Origin: Octopus sinensis
Lineage: Eukaryota
Assembly (NCBI RefSeq): GCF_006345805.1
Contig: NC_043014.1
Span: 40,982,001 to 41,046,000 of the forward strand
Length of the DNA stretch: 64,000 bases
Direction of reading: 5' to 3'
Of the stretch, positions 61,545 through 64,000 are shown piece by piece (the first letter of the stretch is position 1; every line of letters begins with the position of its first letter). The translations under genes were made by a program, and so were the position numbers. Below the pieces are notes generated by a model. The model saw only the letters and a program-made list of their open reading frames with translations. It searched no databases and was not told the origin of the DNA.

Positions 61545-61589
61545 GGACCACTGATGCGGTCACAGAGTGGTGACGAAAGAACTTTGGCC
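61545..61589 (+). other. Hammerhead-like motif with variant core; mirror copy at 60335-60379 (-)
   Basis: GGACCA-CTGATGCG-GTCAC..GTGAC-GAAA-GAACT-T-TGGCC. A9 is replaced by C in both arms. Confidence 0.4.
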
Positions 61590-61778
61590 GAAATAAGATT
61601 AAGATTAATGTAAGAAATAAATATCACTGAAGCAAAATAACACCAAATATATAGTGCGTGTTTTTTATTGGCTAAACTGGCAATATGACCATTCCTAAAT
61701 ATAACAATATCTGTTTCAACACACGACTTCACATAAAAAATCTTGCACACAAATATTTAAACGTATATATATATATAT

Positions 61779-61824
<46 letters not shown>

Positions 61825-61868
61825 ATATATATATAATATATATATATATAATAATATACATACATATA

Positions 61869-61899
<31 letters not shown>

Positions 61900-61950
61900 A
61901 TACATACATAGATATATATATATATATATATATAAATATATATATATGTA

Positions 61951-62190
61951 TGGAGGCACGTGGCTTAGTGGTTAGGGTGTCACATCATGATCGTAAGATT
62001 GTGGTTTCGATTCCTGGACCGGGCGACGCGTTATGTTCTTGAGCAAGACACTTTATTTCACGTTGCTCCAGTCCACTCAGTTGGCAAAAATGAGTAACGC
62101 TGCGATGGACTGGCGTCCCGTCCAGCTGGGGAACACATACGCTCTAGAAACCGGGAACCCAGACCCATGAGCCTGGCTAGGCTTTAAAAG
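61951..62190 (+). mobile_element. SINE family C variant
   Basis: ggaggcacgtggcttagtggttagg...ggtttcgattcctggaccggg head; (TTTA)n tail. Confidence 0.75.
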
Positions 62191-62197
62191 GGCGCAT

Positions 62198-62228
<31 letters not shown>

Positions 62229-62484
62229 TCTATTTATTTATTTATTTATAGAGGGTTTGAAGTGGTGTACAGATATTGTGTAATGAGAAAAAGGAGGCGG
62301 TCAGAATTTTGGATAATTCTTTATTAGCGCTTTCATTCGTTTTTCGAACTCAAGACAAAATCAAGATCAAAATGGTAAAAACAGAACGTTTCGTTGTTCA
62401 TTTATATAAATCGAATGCCTTTTTTTGCTTTGGTTAGAAGAGGAAAATATTGCTTTTGTGTGTTCTCTCTCTCTCCCTCCTCTG

Positions 62485-62534
<50 letters not shown>

Positions 62535-62720
62535 TCGGTTATAAAATGAGATAGGGGTTGAAAATTCAACCCACCATGGTATAACATATATCCAATATAC
62601 TGCTAGAGAGGTACCCAACAAGACTAATACATAAATGTTAAAAATTGCCATGCAATTAATTCATCTACTGTATTATGTGGGCAAAGGTAAAAATATTACC
62701 GTAAATTAATACTACAATTT

Positions 62721-62801
<81 letters not shown>

Positions 62802-63724
62802 CGCACACACACTCACGTGCGTGTGTGTGTTTGTGTTTTGTCACGCTCACCCATCACCTGACAACCGTTGTTGGTTGATTTACGCCAGGTTAACTTTGCA
62901 GTTCGATGGAATAAGTACCAGAGGTCGATTTGCTTGATTAAAACTCTTCAACGCGGTGATGATCTGCTCCAGCATTGTCGTAGTCTAGTGACAGAAACAA
63001 GTAAACGATGGGTTTCTATACTGAGCAGGTCGAACTTTTACAGATGTATGGATGAAGACTTGATTTTGAGAACTAGTGTTTCAGAGAAAATGTCTACAAT
63101 AAAGTAGCTTTAATTCGATTGTGTATTTTGTGGAGTGTTAAAGAAAGCCGTGCGTATCTTAAGTTGGCTTTTGTTTTGGTTAATATATATTTTAAAAGGA
63201 GAAACATGTGCCGTGTCAAGATAAAGGTCATCTGTAGGCTAAAATATAAATATGGTGTTATCAAGAAAGAGAGATATTAACATTGTAAATTAAAAGGCCA
63301 ACTATATAAAGGTTATAGTTTAAATTTTCTGGAAAAAACCCCAAAAGATTAAAGAAAAATGGAATTTTTAGTTCTGCATAAATCGATTCTGTATATACTA
63401 TTCTATTTCGTATTACTTTGTTAAATGGGTTTAAATACCGATGTGTATATAATTAGTGTGTTTCCTTATACACTCTATGTGTGTATGTGTGTGTGTGTGT
63501 GTGTGTGTGTATGTTTTTGAGTGTATTTATCTATTTACACGGACTTTTGGAAGACATGAAGCTATTTGAAAAAATGTGATTGAATAGAGTGCGGGTTTCT
63601 CGTAGCTTTATGAAACAAATTATATGATACTAAGCATATAAGATGCTTTTTTTCCTCCCAAAATGTTTCATAATATCACCTCCGGTCCTATATGCAAAGT
63701 TGGGTGAATATTACATGATTTTAT

Positions 63725-63949
63725 GCACTCTCTTTTACTCTTTTACTTGTTTCAGTCATTTGACTGCGGCCATGCTGGAGCACCGCCTTTAATCGAGCAA
63801 CTCGACCCCGGGACTTATTCTTTTGTAAGCCCAGTACTTATTCTATCGGTCTCTTTTGCCGAACCGCTAAGTAACGGGGACGTAAACACACCAGCATTGG
63901 TTGTCAAGCAATGCTAGGGGGGACAAACGCAGACACACAAACACACACA

Positions 63950-63984
<35 letters not shown>

Positions 63985-64000
63985 CATATATACGACGGGC
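63725..64000 (-). mobile_element. SINE family A, cut by the window end
   Basis: Reverse complement of the family-A 3' half. Confidence 0.85.

Larger units (their letters stand above)
60211..61710 (+). mobile_element. Penelope-like remnant with inverted terminal repeats of about 320 bp
   Basis: 60211-60532 is an inverted copy of 61392-61710. The spacer holds a GIY-YIG C-terminal fragment and a degenerate hammerhead. Both ends abut (TA)n. Confidence 0.75.

Noticed and set aside
62315-62360. Hammerhead-like GAAAGCGCTA with a TTCG/CGAA stem on the minus strand
   Set aside because: The CUGANGA core is absent; at best a dead remnant.

Overview
Repeat-saturated, AT-rich, non-coding eukaryotic DNA. 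The three tRNA-headed SINE families and the dense (TA)n/(CA)n/(TACA)n/(AAT)n microsatellites point to an Octopus genome; this is inferred from recalled repeat families, not from a database search. No intact protein-coding gene is supported, and almost all ORFs in the supplied track are microsatellite translations. The only intact host gene is a tRNA-Asn(GTT) at 42666-42739 (-), with a decayed paralogue at 59186-59259 inside a duplicated SINE<tRNA>SINE cassette. Recognisable fossils: mariner (one near-complete, several fragments), a ZMYM/TTF-type hAT transposase, R4/Dong-like, RTE, CR1-like and Penelope-like (PLE) retroelements, non-autonomous Helitrons, and piggyBac- and Merlin-like MITEs. Most interesting signal: at least six sequence-unrelated type I hammerhead-ribozyme motifs with intact CUGANGA/GAAA cores, most with palindromic or near-palindromic stem III, plus degenerate ones. 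Most lie in or beside fold-back elements ending in TA or (TA)n, and two of the fold-backs also carry GIY-YIG-like C-termini. Also notable: an RTE C2H2 finger split exactly across an inversion, several inverted rearrangements inside TE fossils, a CR1-like LINE sharing its 3' tail with a SINE, and SINE multimers with a recurrent hairpin junction. All folds, translations and coordinates were done by eye; boundaries of degenerate elements are approximate.
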